DNA from: an uncultured Veillonellaceae bacterium
GTDB taxonomy: Bacteria; Bacillota; Negativicutes; UBA1444
Assembly (NCBI GenBank): GCA_964647865.1
Contig: CAZYJK010000001.1
Coordinates: 1-49,808 of the forward strand
Length of the DNA: 49,808 bases
Reading direction: 5' to 3'
Shown here: one piece after another, positions 1-8,184 of the stretch
How the letters are laid out: every line of letters starts with the position of its first letter
How positions within the stretch are numbered: the stretch's first letter is position 1
Translations under genes and position numbers: made by a program
The notes under the pieces: generated by a model
The model's database searches: none
What the model was told of the DNA's origin: nothing
The model's input: the letters and a program-made list of their open reading frames with translations, nothing else

Positions 1-1134
1 AAAAATCTTCACTTTCGATCCATCGACGCTGATTTCCTGCTCTTTGCCGCGTCCTGCATTCTTGGCGGCGTCAACCCGTGTTCCCAAAAATTCGAGGCCG
101 TTGCAGATCTGGTCGCGCATGCGCGGTGAGTTCTCGCCCAGTCCGGCGGTGAATACGATGGCATCGACCCCGCCCATGGCTGCCGCATAGCTGCCGATGT
201 ATTTGCGCACGGTATAGGCAAACACGTCAATCGCCAGTTGCGCCCGCTCATTGCCTTTGTCGGCGGCTTCTTCGAGATCGCGGAAATCGCTGGACAGTCC
301 GGATAATCCAAGCACGCCGGATTTCTTGTTCAGGTAAGTATCGACCTCGTCAGGTGTCATGCCTTCTTTGCGCATCAGATACGGAGGAATCGCCGGGTCA
401 ATATCGCCGCAGCGGGTTCCCATGACCAAACCTTCCAGCGGAGTGAATCCCATGCTGGTATCGATCGATTTGCCGTTTTTAATTGCCGTAATGCTGGCGC
501 CATTGCCAAGGTGGCAGGTGATAATCCGCAGGTAGCTCATGTGGTCGCCCATCATTTCTGCTGCACGCTGGGAAACATATTTGTGCGATGTACCATGGAA
601 ACCATACCGGCGAACGCCGTACTTCTTGTATGCTTCGTAGGGAATCCCGTACAGGAAGGCATGTTTGGGCATCGTTTGATGGAAAGCGGTGTCAAAGACA
701 CCGACTTGCGGAACGTTCGGCAATATCTCCGCACAGGCATTGATGCCGGAAATATTGGGCGGATTGTGCAGCGGCGCCAATTCGGTAAACTCGTCGAGAG
801 CTGCCAGAACGGCCGGAGAAATCAACACCGAGTCGCTGAACTTTTCTGCGCCATGCACGACACGGTGGCCGATCGCATCGATTTCTTCGATACTGGAAAC
901 AACGCCGTGCTCGGGGTGAGCCAATGCTTCAAGCACCATTTTGATGGCAATCGTATGGTTCTTGATTTCGGCTGTCAGCGGAACTTTCGGTTTTCCTGTC
1001 GGCTGATGGTTTAGCACCGAACCATCGAGGCCAATCCGGTCGACCAGTCCTTTGGCCAATACGCTTTCATCTTCCATGTTGAACAATTGATACTTGAGCG
1101 AGGAACTTCCACAGTTTACAACGAGTACTTTCAC
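1..1134 (-). CDS. ackA: acetate kinase; the C-terminus runs off the left window edge, so it has no stop and is absent from the ORF track
   Basis: Own translation of the minus strand from GTG at 1134 (GGGAGG 8 nt upstream): [18 protein letters not shown]...[12 protein letters not shown]...[11 protein letters not shown]...[11 protein letters not shown]...TAGLGENS. These are acetate/propionate kinase signatures. The frame stays open to base 1. Confidence 0.93.
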   Translation of the reverse strand, partial: MKVLVVNCGSSSLKYQLFNMEDESVLAKGLVDRIGLDGSVLNHQPTGKPKVPLTAEIKNHTIAIKMVLEALAHPEHGVVSSIEEIDAIGHRVVHGAEKFSDSVLISPAVLAALDEFTELAPLHNPPNISGINACAEILPNVPQVGVFDTAFHQTMPKHAFLYGIPYEAYKKYGVRRYGFHGTSHKYVSQRAAEMMGDHMSYLRIITCHLGNGASITAIKNGKSIDTSMGFTPLEGLVMGTRCGDIDPAIPPYLMRKEGMTPDEVDTYLNKKSGVLGLSGLSSDFRDLEEAADKGNERAQLAIDVFAYTVRKYIGSYAAAMGGVDAIVFTAGLGENSPRMRDQICNGLEFLGTRVDAAKNAGRGKEQEISVDGSKVKIF

Positions 1135-1226
1135 CTTTGTTACCTCCCAAAATAAATAATGAATCGAACCAATCTTCGATCCCGGCAGGATAATTTGCTT
1201 TTCCGCCCGAAACATACGTCTAAGTA

Positions 1227-1255
1227 ATTATATTACAAAAGGAACAAACTGACAA
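1227..1255 (-). promoter_or_regulatory. sigma-70-type promoter for ackA (TTGTCA-N17-TATAAT)
   Basis: The minus strand reads TTGTCA (1250-1255), a 17-nt spacer, then TATAAT (1227-1232), about 90 nt upstream of the ackA GTG. The -35 overlaps the tmcAL start codon. Confidence 0.6.
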
Positions 1256-2511
1256 TGAAAACCGTGGGAATCATCTCAGAATACAACCCTTTTCACAAGG
1301 GGCATGCTTATCAGTCCAAGCAAGCCCGGCAGCTGGCGCAGGCCGACGTTGTGATCGCCGTGATGAGCGGCCATTTTACCCAGCGCGGTGAACTGGCAAT
1401 CATCGACAAGTGGCGTCGGGCCGAAGCAGCCGTAAAATCAGGCGTCGACCTGGTGTTGGAACTGCCATCCGTCTTTGCCGTCCGCAGCGCTCAATACTTC
1501 GCTGCCGGCGGCGTTCGTCTGCTTAGCAGTCTGGGTATCGTGGACTATCTCTCATTCGGCGCCGAAAATGCCGATCTTAGCAGCCTCTCGGCAGCGGCCG
1601 CCGGTCTGGACGACCCGCAGGTCGAGGAAAAACTGAAACTGGGTCTGTCCCGGGGGAAAAACTATGCCGCCGCCTTGGCGGATGCTTTGGTCGCAGGCGG
1701 CTACACGGCGCGCGACTTTATCATCTCGCCCAACAATATTCTGGCAGTCGAATATCTTCGCGCCCTGACCCGATATGCGCCGACAATGCGTCCGCTGCCG
1801 GTACGCCGAGTCGGCAGCGGTTTTCATGACAAAAATCTCTCTGACGGTTTTGCCAGCGCGACAGCAATCCGCCATGGATTGTTCCAGTCAGGCAGCGTGA
1901 CGCCGCCGCTCCATGCCGCCCTGCCAGCCGCGACCGCCGCCATCATGGAGTCACTGCTGAAATCCGGTGCGGCGCCGGCCCAAATCAGCGGGCTGGAAAA
2001 TATAATCCTGGCCAGGTTGCGCAGCATATCAGACAAAGAATTGCTGGCGACGCCCGAAATATCGGAAGGATTAGAAAACCGGCTAAAACTTGCGGCGCGA
2101 AATGCCGGAAATTTGTCTGAACTGTTGGAGTTGGTAAAAACAAAGCGCTATCCTTACTCCCGTCTACAGCGATTACTTGTGCACCTGCTGCTGGGAACGC
2201 AACGGGAGCAAATTGAAGCGTTCGACGCATCAGGTCCGCTATATGCCCGGGTTCTTGCCCTGAACAGCCAAGGCCGGGCCGCGCTGCGAGAAATAGCCTT
2301 GCTGGAACGCATTCCGATAATCACCAAAACAACTGCGGCGCTAAACTCGCGTAGCTATCATAAGAAAGATTTTTCGCCGCTGCAGTCGATGCTTGCCGTT
2401 GACATAACGGCGACCGAACTGTTCTGCCTCTGCCTGCCAGCTACCGCAAAGAGAAAAGGCGGCCTTGACTTTCGCCAATCCGCCATTTATCTGCCAAACC
2501 AATATGAATGA
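1255..2511 (+). CDS. tmcAL: tRNA(Met) cytidine acetate ligase (YlbM/TmcAL family nucleotidyltransferase)
   Basis: N-terminus MKTVGIISEYNPFHKGHAYQ...VIAVMSGHFTQRGE...GVDLVLELP closely parallels B. subtilis YlbM/TmcAL. Length 418 aa. Confidence 0.88.
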   Translation: MKTVGIISEYNPFHKGHAYQSKQARQLAQADVVIAVMSGHFTQRGELAIIDKWRRAEAAVKSGVDLVLELPSVFAVRSAQYFAAGGVRLLSSLGIVDYLSFGAENADLSSLSAAAAGLDDPQVEEKLKLGLSRGKNYAAALADALVAGGYTARDFIISPNNILAVEYLRALTRYAPTMRPLPVRRVGSGFHDKNLSDGFASATAIRHGLFQSGSVTPPLHAALPAATAAIMESLLKSGAAPAQISGLENIILARLRSISDKELLATPEISEGLENRLKLAARNAGNLSELLELVKTKRYPYSRLQRLLVHLLLGTQREQIEAFDASGPLYARVLALNSQGRAALREIALLERIPIITKTTAALNSRSYHKKDFSPLQSMLAVDITATELFCLCLPATAKRKGGLDFRQSAIYLPNQYE

Positions 2512-2524
2512 AAAACGAGAGGTC

Positions 2525-3043
2525 TTATTTGCGAAACTGCTGTTTCAATTCATCGTGCCCTTTGCGTACCGTGTCCAATGACTGCGACAAGTTGGTCTCG
2601 ACCAGATTGAACACCTGATCCGCATAGACCATGGCATCCATCGCCAATTCCTGCGCGTTCTTCTGTGCGATCGCCATCATGTCGGCGGCTTTTTCCTCGG
2701 CTTCCCGCAGTGTCTGCTCCGATTCCTTGCGCGCGTTGGTCACGATTTCATTGGCCTGTTCCTGTGCTTGCCGGGTGATCAGGTTTTCATCGGTCAGTTT
2801 GCTGTGGTATGCTTTAGCTTGCTGGATGATCTCGTCAGACTTTTGTTGGGCTTCTTCCAAAATGCGCTGCCGGTCACTTACGATACGACCTGCCTCAACC
2901 AGTTGTGAAGGCATCGCATCACGCAATTCATCGATCAGGCGGGCCATGTCGTCTTCTTCCACCAGTCGCTTGTTCGTAAACGGAACCCGACCCGACTCCA
3001 ATAGGATATTTTCCATTTCTTCCAAAATCTCTTCGACTTTCAT
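2525..3043 (-). CDS. hypothetical coiled-coil protein rich in E/Q/K/A (often annotated ATPase-subunit-like)
   Basis: The 175-aa track ORF begins at GTG 3052. I prefer ATG 3043 (MKVEEILEEM...) because AAAGGA is better spaced from it. The heptad-like low-complexity sequence matches no enzymatic motif. Confidence 0.6.
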   Translation of the reverse strand: MKVEEILEEMENILLESGRVPFTNKRLVEEDDMARLIDELRDAMPSQLVEAGRIVSDRQRILEEAQQKSDEIIQQAKAYHSKLTDENLITRQAQEQANEIVTNARKESEQTLREAEEKAADMMAIAQKNAQELAMDAMVYADQVFNLVETNLSQSLDTVRKGHDELKQQFRK

Positions 3044-3060
3044 GAACGCCACATCCTTTC

Positions 3061-3546
3061 TTACGCCCGGTCGTTCAACCGGCGAACAATCTGTTCTTCC
3101 ACATTGGCCGGAACCAGTCCGCGAATCGAGCCGCCAAACTTGGCCAGTTCTTTGGTCGCTGAAGAGCTGACAAAAGAATACTCGCTGCTGGTCATCATGA
3201 ATACCGTTTCGATATCAGGGTCCACATGCTTGATCAACAAAGCCCGTTGAAACTCATATTCAAAATCCGTGAGCGCCCGCAGACCTCGAACGATGATATT
3301 GGTATTGCGCGCACGGACATATTCGTTCAAGAGACCGGAAAAGCAGTCTACTTGGATATTCGGGATATGTTTGGTCGCATCCTGCAACATCTGAACTCTT
3401 TCTTCCATGGAAAACGCCGGTCGTTTGCCCGGATTATGAAATACTGCGACGATCACCTGGTCAAACATCTTTGCCGCCCGCTCGAAAATATCGAGATGGC
3501 CGCGTGTCACCGGGTCAAAACTACCCGGGCACACTGCAATTCTCAC
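3061..3546 (-). CDS. coaD: phosphopantetheine adenylyltransferase
   Basis: MRIAVCPGSFDPVTRGHLDIFERA... carries the H/TxGH nucleotidyltransferase motif. Length 161 aa. It sits beside rsmD as in Bacillus ylbH-ylbI. Confidence 0.95.
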   Translation of the reverse strand: MRIAVCPGSFDPVTRGHLDIFERAAKMFDQVIVAVFHNPGKRPAFSMEERVQMLQDATKHIPNIQVDCFSGLLNEYVRARNTNIIVRGLRALTDFEYEFQRALLIKHVDPDIETVFMMTSSEYSFVSSSATKELAKFGGSIRGLVPANVEEQIVRRLNDRA

Positions 3547-4141
3547 TATTGCTTCCCTCCTGCTTTATGAAAAAACTCACAACGGTTTCTCCATAAAATT
3601 CGCTACGATAGGCAACAATCCTCTTTAATCCATCAGGAAGTTTTTCATGCCGGGAATGTTCCAGCACGAATATCCCTCCCTCGCGCAATAGCTCAGACTC
3701 GTCCAGACTGGCGAGAACCTTGGGTGCCAGGCCCAGATTGTAGGGAGGATCGCAAAAAATCAGGTCAAAAGATTTTCCGGCCGCCTGTAACCGCCGAAGC
3801 GCCGCCAGCACCTCTTCACGACAGATCACGGCGGCCCGGGACAAGTCGGTCAAAATGGCATTTTCCATCATGATCTTCACACTTTGGATGTTTTTGTCCA
3901 CCAAGGTTGCCGAAGCCGCTCCCCGGCTCAGCGCTTCCAGTCCCAGATTTCCGGTGCCGGCAAATAAGTCGAGGACCTCGGCGTCAACCACATCGGCGGC
4001 CAAAATCCCGAAAACCGATTCTTTGACACGATCTGCCGTTGGCCTGGTATTCATCCCTTTTGGCGTTTTCAGCCTGATCCCTTTTGCTGTTCCGGCAATA
4101 ATCCTCACGTCTGCAAACCCACCAACCATCTCTGACATCAT
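3521..4141 (-). CDS. rsmD: 16S rRNA (guanine966-N2)-methyltransferase RsmD
   Basis: RIIAGTAKGIRLKTP...RPTADRVKESVFGIL...DLFAGTGNLGLEALSRGA...CDPPY are RsmD/YlbH motifs. The start is uncertain: ATG 4141 has no SD, and GTG 4108 (VRIIAG) is preceded by GGTGGG. The gene overlaps coaD by 26 nt. Confidence 0.85.
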   Translation of the reverse strand: MMSEMVGGFADVRIIAGTAKGIRLKTPKGMNTRPTADRVKESVFGILAADVVDAEVLDLFAGTGNLGLEALSRGAASATLVDKNIQSVKIMMENAILTDLSRAAVICREEVLAALRRLQAAGKSFDLIFCDPPYNLGLAPKVLASLDESELLREGGIFVLEHSRHEKLPDGLKRIVAYRSEFYGETVVSFFIKQEGSNSENCSVPG

Positions 4142-4204
4142 TTCAATACTAATATATTACTCGAAAAGTTAACAGATGAAAACACTTTACCTGCTGGAGG
4201 AAGC

Positions 4205-5887
4205 ATGATTCGCCGTTTTTTTATTCATTTGGCCCTGATTTTTATTTTTATCGGCGTAAGTTGGGCTGTATTGTTTCAACACAATCTTGTGCATACGGCA
4301 ACGCCAATCACGCCGAAACCGTCGCCGCACCGCTTCGCTATCGCACTGGTACCTCTTGATAGCCGTCCGCCCTGTACCGACTATGTACGGCAACTGGCAG
4401 CAATGGCAGAATTGCATGTGTCACTGCCCCCCGCGGAACTGCTCGACAACTACCGGAAGCCCGGCGATACCACCCGGCTGAGAAACTGGCTGGCGCAAGC
4501 AGCAGTCCGCTCCGCCGCAGCGATTATCTCGGTGGATATGCTGGTGCACGGCGGGTTGTTGGCATCCCGTCAGGCAAACGACCATCACGCCGATGCGGCA
4601 GCAACCATTCAATTGTTGCGGACGATTCACCGTGAGCAACCTCAGGTGCGCCTGTTTGCCTTTAACATCATTCCCCGCCTGTTCATCGCTGACAATCCGC
4701 TCACTGAAAAGTTCAAGCCCCTGATGTCGGACTGGGCGATGTTGCAGGAAACTATCAGCATCTTTGAAAACCCGGCCGATCTGGAAAAGCTGCGCAAGCT
4801 GGAAGCAGAACTGCCGCCGGAACTGATTGAACGTTATCGCAATCTTTACCGGGACAACCGCCAATTGAACAGCCAACTGCTGGAACTGGTCCAGGAAGGG
4901 ACGCTGGCCGGATTGGTGCTCGGGCAGGACGACAGCGCCCCGTTTGGCCTGGGCAACCTGGAACGCCAGTGGCTTGACGCCGTGATCAGCCGTAGCCCCG
5001 TATTGCAAAACAAGGTCTTTGTCACCCGGGGAACCGATGAGGTGGCGCTAAGCTTGTTGGGACAAGTCATCGCAGGTACTGCCTCATACAGGAACAAAGT
5101 GTATGTCCATTATACCGAAGCGACGACCGCAGACCTGATCCTGCCCTACATGCCTGGGCCGCTGTCTCGTACCGTGGCGGAAAAACTGGCCCTAGGCAAC
5201 GCAGAGCAAAGTCGCGATTTTCCAAGCGCCGATTACATCCTGGTCATTCATGCCGGCTCGGCTCGCAGCCGCAGCGCCGATATGGCAAAATCCGCCGCTT
5301 TGATCAAGGATTGGCTGGCCCGCGGCAAGCAAGTCACCCTGGTAGACCTGGCGGCAGACTGGCGGACCGACCAGGCCCTGTTGCCCTTCCTGCAGCAAAA
5401 CGGCGCACCGCTAAACGGTCTGCTCGCCTACGCCGGCTGGAACACCGCCAGCAACTCGATCGGCACGGCCGTGACCCAGGCTGCCATGGTGCTTAGTGGA
5501 AATCGCGCCGGCTCTGCGGACGCTGCCTTGAACCGAGACCTCCAGCGAATTAGTTTCCTGGCGGAACGAATGCTTGACGACTGGTATTATCAAAAGAGCT
5601 TTCGCCCGATTCTCAACGATTCCCTGCAACGGCAGCAAATCAACCCCTATGACTTGCAGTCAGCGCGAAATAAAGTCAATCGGCGGATTGAACTGCAACT
5701 GGCCGGCATCTTTCCCCATTTGGTCGAGCGGCAGTGGCAAAACAGCCTGTTTGCCTTGCCAACGCCTGCACAGGGTGCGTATGTGATTGCCAACTGGCGA
5801 GTCGCGGCCAGCCTGCCGTGGGACCGCACCTTTGAAATACGGCTGGAAACGATAGCCTTGCCGGCAATGCTCGATGAGCGGCGTTAA
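4205..5887 (+). CDS. DUF4127 family protein with an N-terminal membrane anchor
   Basis: 560 aa. It has an N-terminal hydrophobic helix, then ...IALVPLDSRPPCTDYVRQL..., which I recall as the typical DUF4127 opening motif. GGAGG lies upstream of the ATG. Confidence 0.65.
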   Translation: MIRRFFIHLALIFIFIGVSWAVLFQHNLVHTATPITPKPSPHRFAIALVPLDSRPPCTDYVRQLAAMAELHVSLPPAELLDNYRKPGDTTRLRNWLAQAAVRSAAAIISVDMLVHGGLLASRQANDHHADAAATIQLLRTIHREQPQVRLFAFNIIPRLFIADNPLTEKFKPLMSDWAMLQETISIFENPADLEKLRKLEAELPPELIERYRNLYRDNRQLNSQLLELVQEGTLAGLVLGQDDSAPFGLGNLERQWLDAVISRSPVLQNKVFVTRGTDEVALSLLGQVIAGTASYRNKVYVHYTEATTADLILPYMPGPLSRTVAEKLALGNAEQSRDFPSADYILVIHAGSARSRSADMAKSAALIKDWLARGKQVTLVDLAADWRTDQALLPFLQQNGAPLNGLLAYAGWNTASNSIGTAVTQAAMVLSGNRAGSADAALNRDLQRISFLAERMLDDWYYQKSFRPILNDSLQRQQINPYDLQSARNKVNRRIELQLAGIFPHLVERQWQNSLFALPTPAQGAYVIANWRVAASLPWDRTFEIRLETIALPAMLDERR

Positions 5888-5925
5888 AATGACAAGAACC
5901 GGGCGCTTGCCCGGTTCTTGTCATT
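5888..5925. terminator. bidirectional rho-independent terminator between the convergent DUF4127 and NlpC/P60 genes
   Basis: Perfect 17-bp stem: aatgacaagaaccgggc (5888-5904), loop gctt, gcccggttcttgtcatt (5909-5925). T-rich sequence flanks it in both directions. The 3' arm overlaps the stop codon of the minus-strand gene. Confidence 0.8.
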
Positions 5926-6643
5926 ATTTGAGGATTCTGCGGGCACCGAGATATCGGTCCCGATAATACGTCTTGTTCAGCGGAGTCACTGTGACGTGGC
6001 CCGCGCCGGAACTGGCATGGATGAACTGGTCATTGCCGATGTAGATGCCGACATGGGACGGCCCCGGTTCATACGTTTCAAAAAACACCAAATCGCCAGG
6101 TTCAAGCGAATTTCGCGAAACAGGAATCCCGACTTCAAACTGACCGTCCGCCATCCGTGGCAAGCCATAGCCTAGTTGATCGAACACGTAATAGATAAAC
6201 CCGGAACAATCAAACCCGCTTGGTGAACGACCCGCCCAAACATACGGCACGCCTACATATTGCCGGGCCATGCTGAGCAAGATTTGGGCTTTGCGCGAAT
6301 TGCCCCGTCCACGGCTGATCGAACTGGCACCACGGAAATTCTTCAGCGATTCCCACGTCGACAACCCAACGATTCCATCCGCCGTCAACCCTGCGTCCAT
6401 TTGAAATTGGACCACCGCACTGAGAGTATTGGCGCCGAACCTGCCATCGACCGGATCTTTGTAATAACCGTATTCTTTCAATTTATTTTGCAGCTTGGAA
6501 ACTTCATCGCCATACATCCCGCGTTTCACCGGCATATCAGGACTGGCCGGCTGTGCAGACGCATAGGGAATCGCCAAAAACATCATAACTGCCGCAACCA
6601 CGGCCACTGCCAAATTTCTCAGCTTTAGTTTTTTTCCTCCCAT
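5924..6643 (-). CDS. secreted cell-wall hydrolase: peptidoglycan-binding domain plus NlpC/P60 (C40) peptidase
   Basis: Signal peptide MGGKKLKLRNLAVAVVAAVMMFLAIPYASA. PG_binding_1-like segment GDEVSKLQNKLKEYGYY...DGRFGANTLSAVVQFQ. C40 catalytic region PYVWAGRSPSGFDCSGFIYYVF...GPSHVGIYIG. Confidence 0.88.
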   Translation of the reverse strand: MGGKKLKLRNLAVAVVAAVMMFLAIPYASAQPASPDMPVKRGMYGDEVSKLQNKLKEYGYYKDPVDGRFGANTLSAVVQFQMDAGLTADGIVGLSTWESLKNFRGASSISRGRGNSRKAQILLSMARQYVGVPYVWAGRSPSGFDCSGFIYYVFDQLGYGLPRMADGQFEVGIPVSRNSLEPGDLVFFETYEPGPSHVGIYIGNDQFIHASSGAGHVTVTPLNKTYYRDRYLGARRILK

Positions 6644-6733
6644 GGCTCACCTCTTTTAAATAATTTACTAATGATATTACATTCTGGCTTTTTTTATTTT
6701 TTCCTGCTTTTTCACATCTTTATTCCAAGAAGC

Positions 6734-6763
6734 ATTATATCAGACCGGATTTTGAGTTGACAA
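6734..6763 (-). promoter_or_regulatory. sigma-70-type promoter for the NlpC/P60 gene (TTGTCA-N18-TGaTATAAT)
   Basis: The minus strand reads TTGTCA (6758-6763), an 18-nt spacer, then TATAAT (6734-6739) preceded by an extended -10 TG, about 90 nt upstream of ATG 6643. Confidence 0.55.
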
Positions 6764-6785
6764 TCCCTGTCGGAGTGTGTATAAT
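6757..6785 (+). promoter_or_regulatory. consensus sigma-70 promoter for tRNA-Pro (TTGACA-N17-TATAAT)
   Basis: TTGACA at 6757-6762 and TATAAT at 6780-6785 with exactly 17 nt between them. The tRNA 5' end lies 17 nt downstream of the -10. Confidence 0.8.
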
Positions 6786-6801
6786 TTGAAACTGTGAACT
6801 C

Positions 6802-6878
6802 CGGGGCGTAGCGCAGTTTGGTAGCGCGCCTGGTTCGGGACCAGGAGGCCGCAGGTTCAAGTCCTGTCGCCCCGACCA
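6802..6878 (+). tRNA. tRNA-Pro (anticodon CGG), CCA encoded
   Basis: Folded by hand. Acceptor CGGGGCG/CGCCCCG, D-arm GCGC-AGTTTGGTA-GCGC, anticodon stem CCTGG/CCAGG with loop TTCGGGA, variable loop AGGCC, T-arm GCAGG-TTCAAGT-CCTGT, then ACCA. Confidence 0.93.
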
Positions 6879-6885
6879 ACTATAT

Positions 6886-6926
6886 AAAACAAACAGGGAC
6901 TTCTTCGCGAAGTCCCTGTTTGTTTT
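6886..6926. terminator. bidirectional terminator hairpin after tRNA-Pro and after the convergent nitroreductase gene
   Basis: 18-bp stem aaaacaaacagggacttc / gaagtccctgtttgtttt with a 5-nt loop. The arms end in A/T runs, so either strand yields a U-rich 3' end. Confidence 0.8.
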
Positions 6927-6952
6927 ATATCATCATCGCGATAAATCCAGAC

Positions 6953-7606
6953 TCAGTCAACAATCGTAAGCACTTCCGCCAGCGGCTTGCGCGGCGGCGA
7001 GGCGCCATCGGCAGCCGGAACTCCCAGTGGCGTCAGTGCCGCCAAACTATAACCCGCCTTGTTGAACCCTACCAGTTCGGCGATTTCCGGACCAGCATAC
7101 GTCGGACCGGTCATCCAGCAGGTTCCATAGCCGAGCGTCGCAGCCGCCAGCAACAAATTCTGCATCGCTGCAGCAACATTCTGAACCCCGGGTTTGGTTT
7201 GTTTCATCGCATCGATTTCCTGCTGTGTCAGCCCGGGACCGGCAACCATGTCATCGGAAGGTCCCGGATAAGGTCCGGCAAATACCAACACAACTACAGG
7301 CGCATTCTTGAACACCGTATGATAGCCGACAGATCCCTTGAATGCCTTTTGTTTTTCCGCATCGGCAATAAACGGCAGCAGTTTTTCATGCTTTGTTTCG
7401 ACCAATTTGACCATGTCTTGAATCATCTGCTTGTTGCGCACCACGACAAAGTGCCAATTCTGCTGATTTTTGCCTGAAGGGGCATGAATTGCCGCATCAA
7501 TCAATTGTTCAATCACTTCATTGGAAATCGGTTGTTCGGTAAACTTTCGCACACTGCGGCGACGATAAATAAATTCCAGTGCTGTCCTGTCTTTTTCTGC
7601 CGACAT
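6953..7606 (-). CDS. nitroreductase family protein
   Basis: MSAEKDRTALEFIYRRRSVRKFTEQPISNEVIEQLIDAAIHAPSGKNQQNWHFVVV is the classic nitroreductase N-terminus. I chose ATG 7606 (GGAGGAA 8 nt upstream) rather than the track start at 7633. Confidence 0.88.
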   Translation of the reverse strand: MSAEKDRTALEFIYRRRSVRKFTEQPISNEVIEQLIDAAIHAPSGKNQQNWHFVVVRNKQMIQDMVKLVETKHEKLLPFIADAEKQKAFKGSVGYHTVFKNAPVVVLVFAGPYPGPSDDMVAGPGLTQQEIDAMKQTKPGVQNVAAAMQNLLLAAATLGYGTCWMTGPTYAGPEIAELVGFNKAGYSLAALTPLGVPAADGASPPRKPLAEVLTIVD

Positions 7607-7610
7607 TGTT

Positions 7611-8108
7611 TCATTCCTCCACTGCTTGTTCAATTAGACGGTCCCATATCTCATCCAATACTTCGCCGTCCCAGTCGATGATTCCTTGTTCGAGCAGCTT
7701 ACGACAAACATACTCGCCAAAATCCGGCAATTTTACCCACCAGTTGCGACCACCCGACTCAATTGCTTCACGCAAACGCAATGTTTGGTTTCTGTTCAGT
7801 AAACCGCGCAAAAAGCTCACCGCTAGCGCAACTTCCGCCGGATCCAGTTTGTTCACCTTCAGCAAAATCTGCGCACGTTCCGGTCCGAGTCGCAGCAAAC
7901 AATGCATGCAGATAGTTTCATGCTGCAACGGGTACGCGGTCGCGGATAGTATTTCCTCGCCGCACAGCGGACAAGCCGGGTATTCCACAGGTTCACCCGA
8001 AAGACCGGTTTGCTGCTGAAAACAACTTTCACACCAGCGTTTTCCCATCCAAAAATGAAAAATGCTTTCTGCTGCGCCGCAGCGATGACATTGGGGGACT
8101 GCCTCCAT
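7611..8108 (-). CDS. hypothetical Cys-rich protein with four CxxC pairs (putative double zinc ribbon) and a helical C-terminal domain
   Basis: The track ORF 7611-8378 overlaps the EF-G gene. The internal ATG at 8108 (GAAGAGG upstream) gives 165 aa: MEAVPQCHRCG...WCESC...ACPLCG...ICMHC... I recognise no family. Its stop lies 4 nt before the nitroreductase ATG. Confidence 0.6.
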   Translation of the reverse strand: MEAVPQCHRCGAAESIFHFWMGKRWCESCFQQQTGLSGEPVEYPACPLCGEEILSATAYPLQHETICMHCLLRLGPERAQILLKVNKLDPAEVALAVSFLRGLLNRNQTLRLREAIESGGRNWWVKLPDFGEYVCRKLLEQGIIDWDGEVLDEIWDRLIEQAVEE

Positions 8109-8144
8109 ATTGTCGACCTCTTCCAACAATTCTCCGTATAACGA

Positions 8145-8174
8145 GGACGAGACCCCGCTGGCGGGATCTCGTCC
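8145..8174 (-). terminator. GC-rich hairpin 10 nt after the EF-G-paralog stop (partial terminator or mRNA stabiliser)
   Basis: The minus strand reads GGACGAGATCCCG-CCAG-CGGGGTCTCGTCC, a 13-bp stem including one G-U pair. It is followed by TCGTTAT, which is only a weak U-tract. Confidence 0.4.
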
Positions 8175-8184
8175 GGGGGAGAAA

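Noticed and set aside
9-1014. Track ORFs 9-311(-), 511-1014(+), 552-740(-) and 689-919(+) at the left edge
   Set aside because: All lie inside or antisense to the clearly homologous ackA frame (1-1134, minus). They have no SD and no recognisable motifs.
3521-3546. 26-nt rsmD/coaD overlap as a sign of a frameshift
   Set aside because: Both proteins are full length with intact motifs (DPPY in RsmD, the complete CoaD N-terminus). Short overlaps are common in this operon type.
6802-6878. tRNA-Pro as an integration hotspot marking a genomic island
   Set aside because: I saw no integrase, no recombinase and no direct repeat of the tRNA 3' end nearby. The flanking genes are ordinary chromosomal genes.
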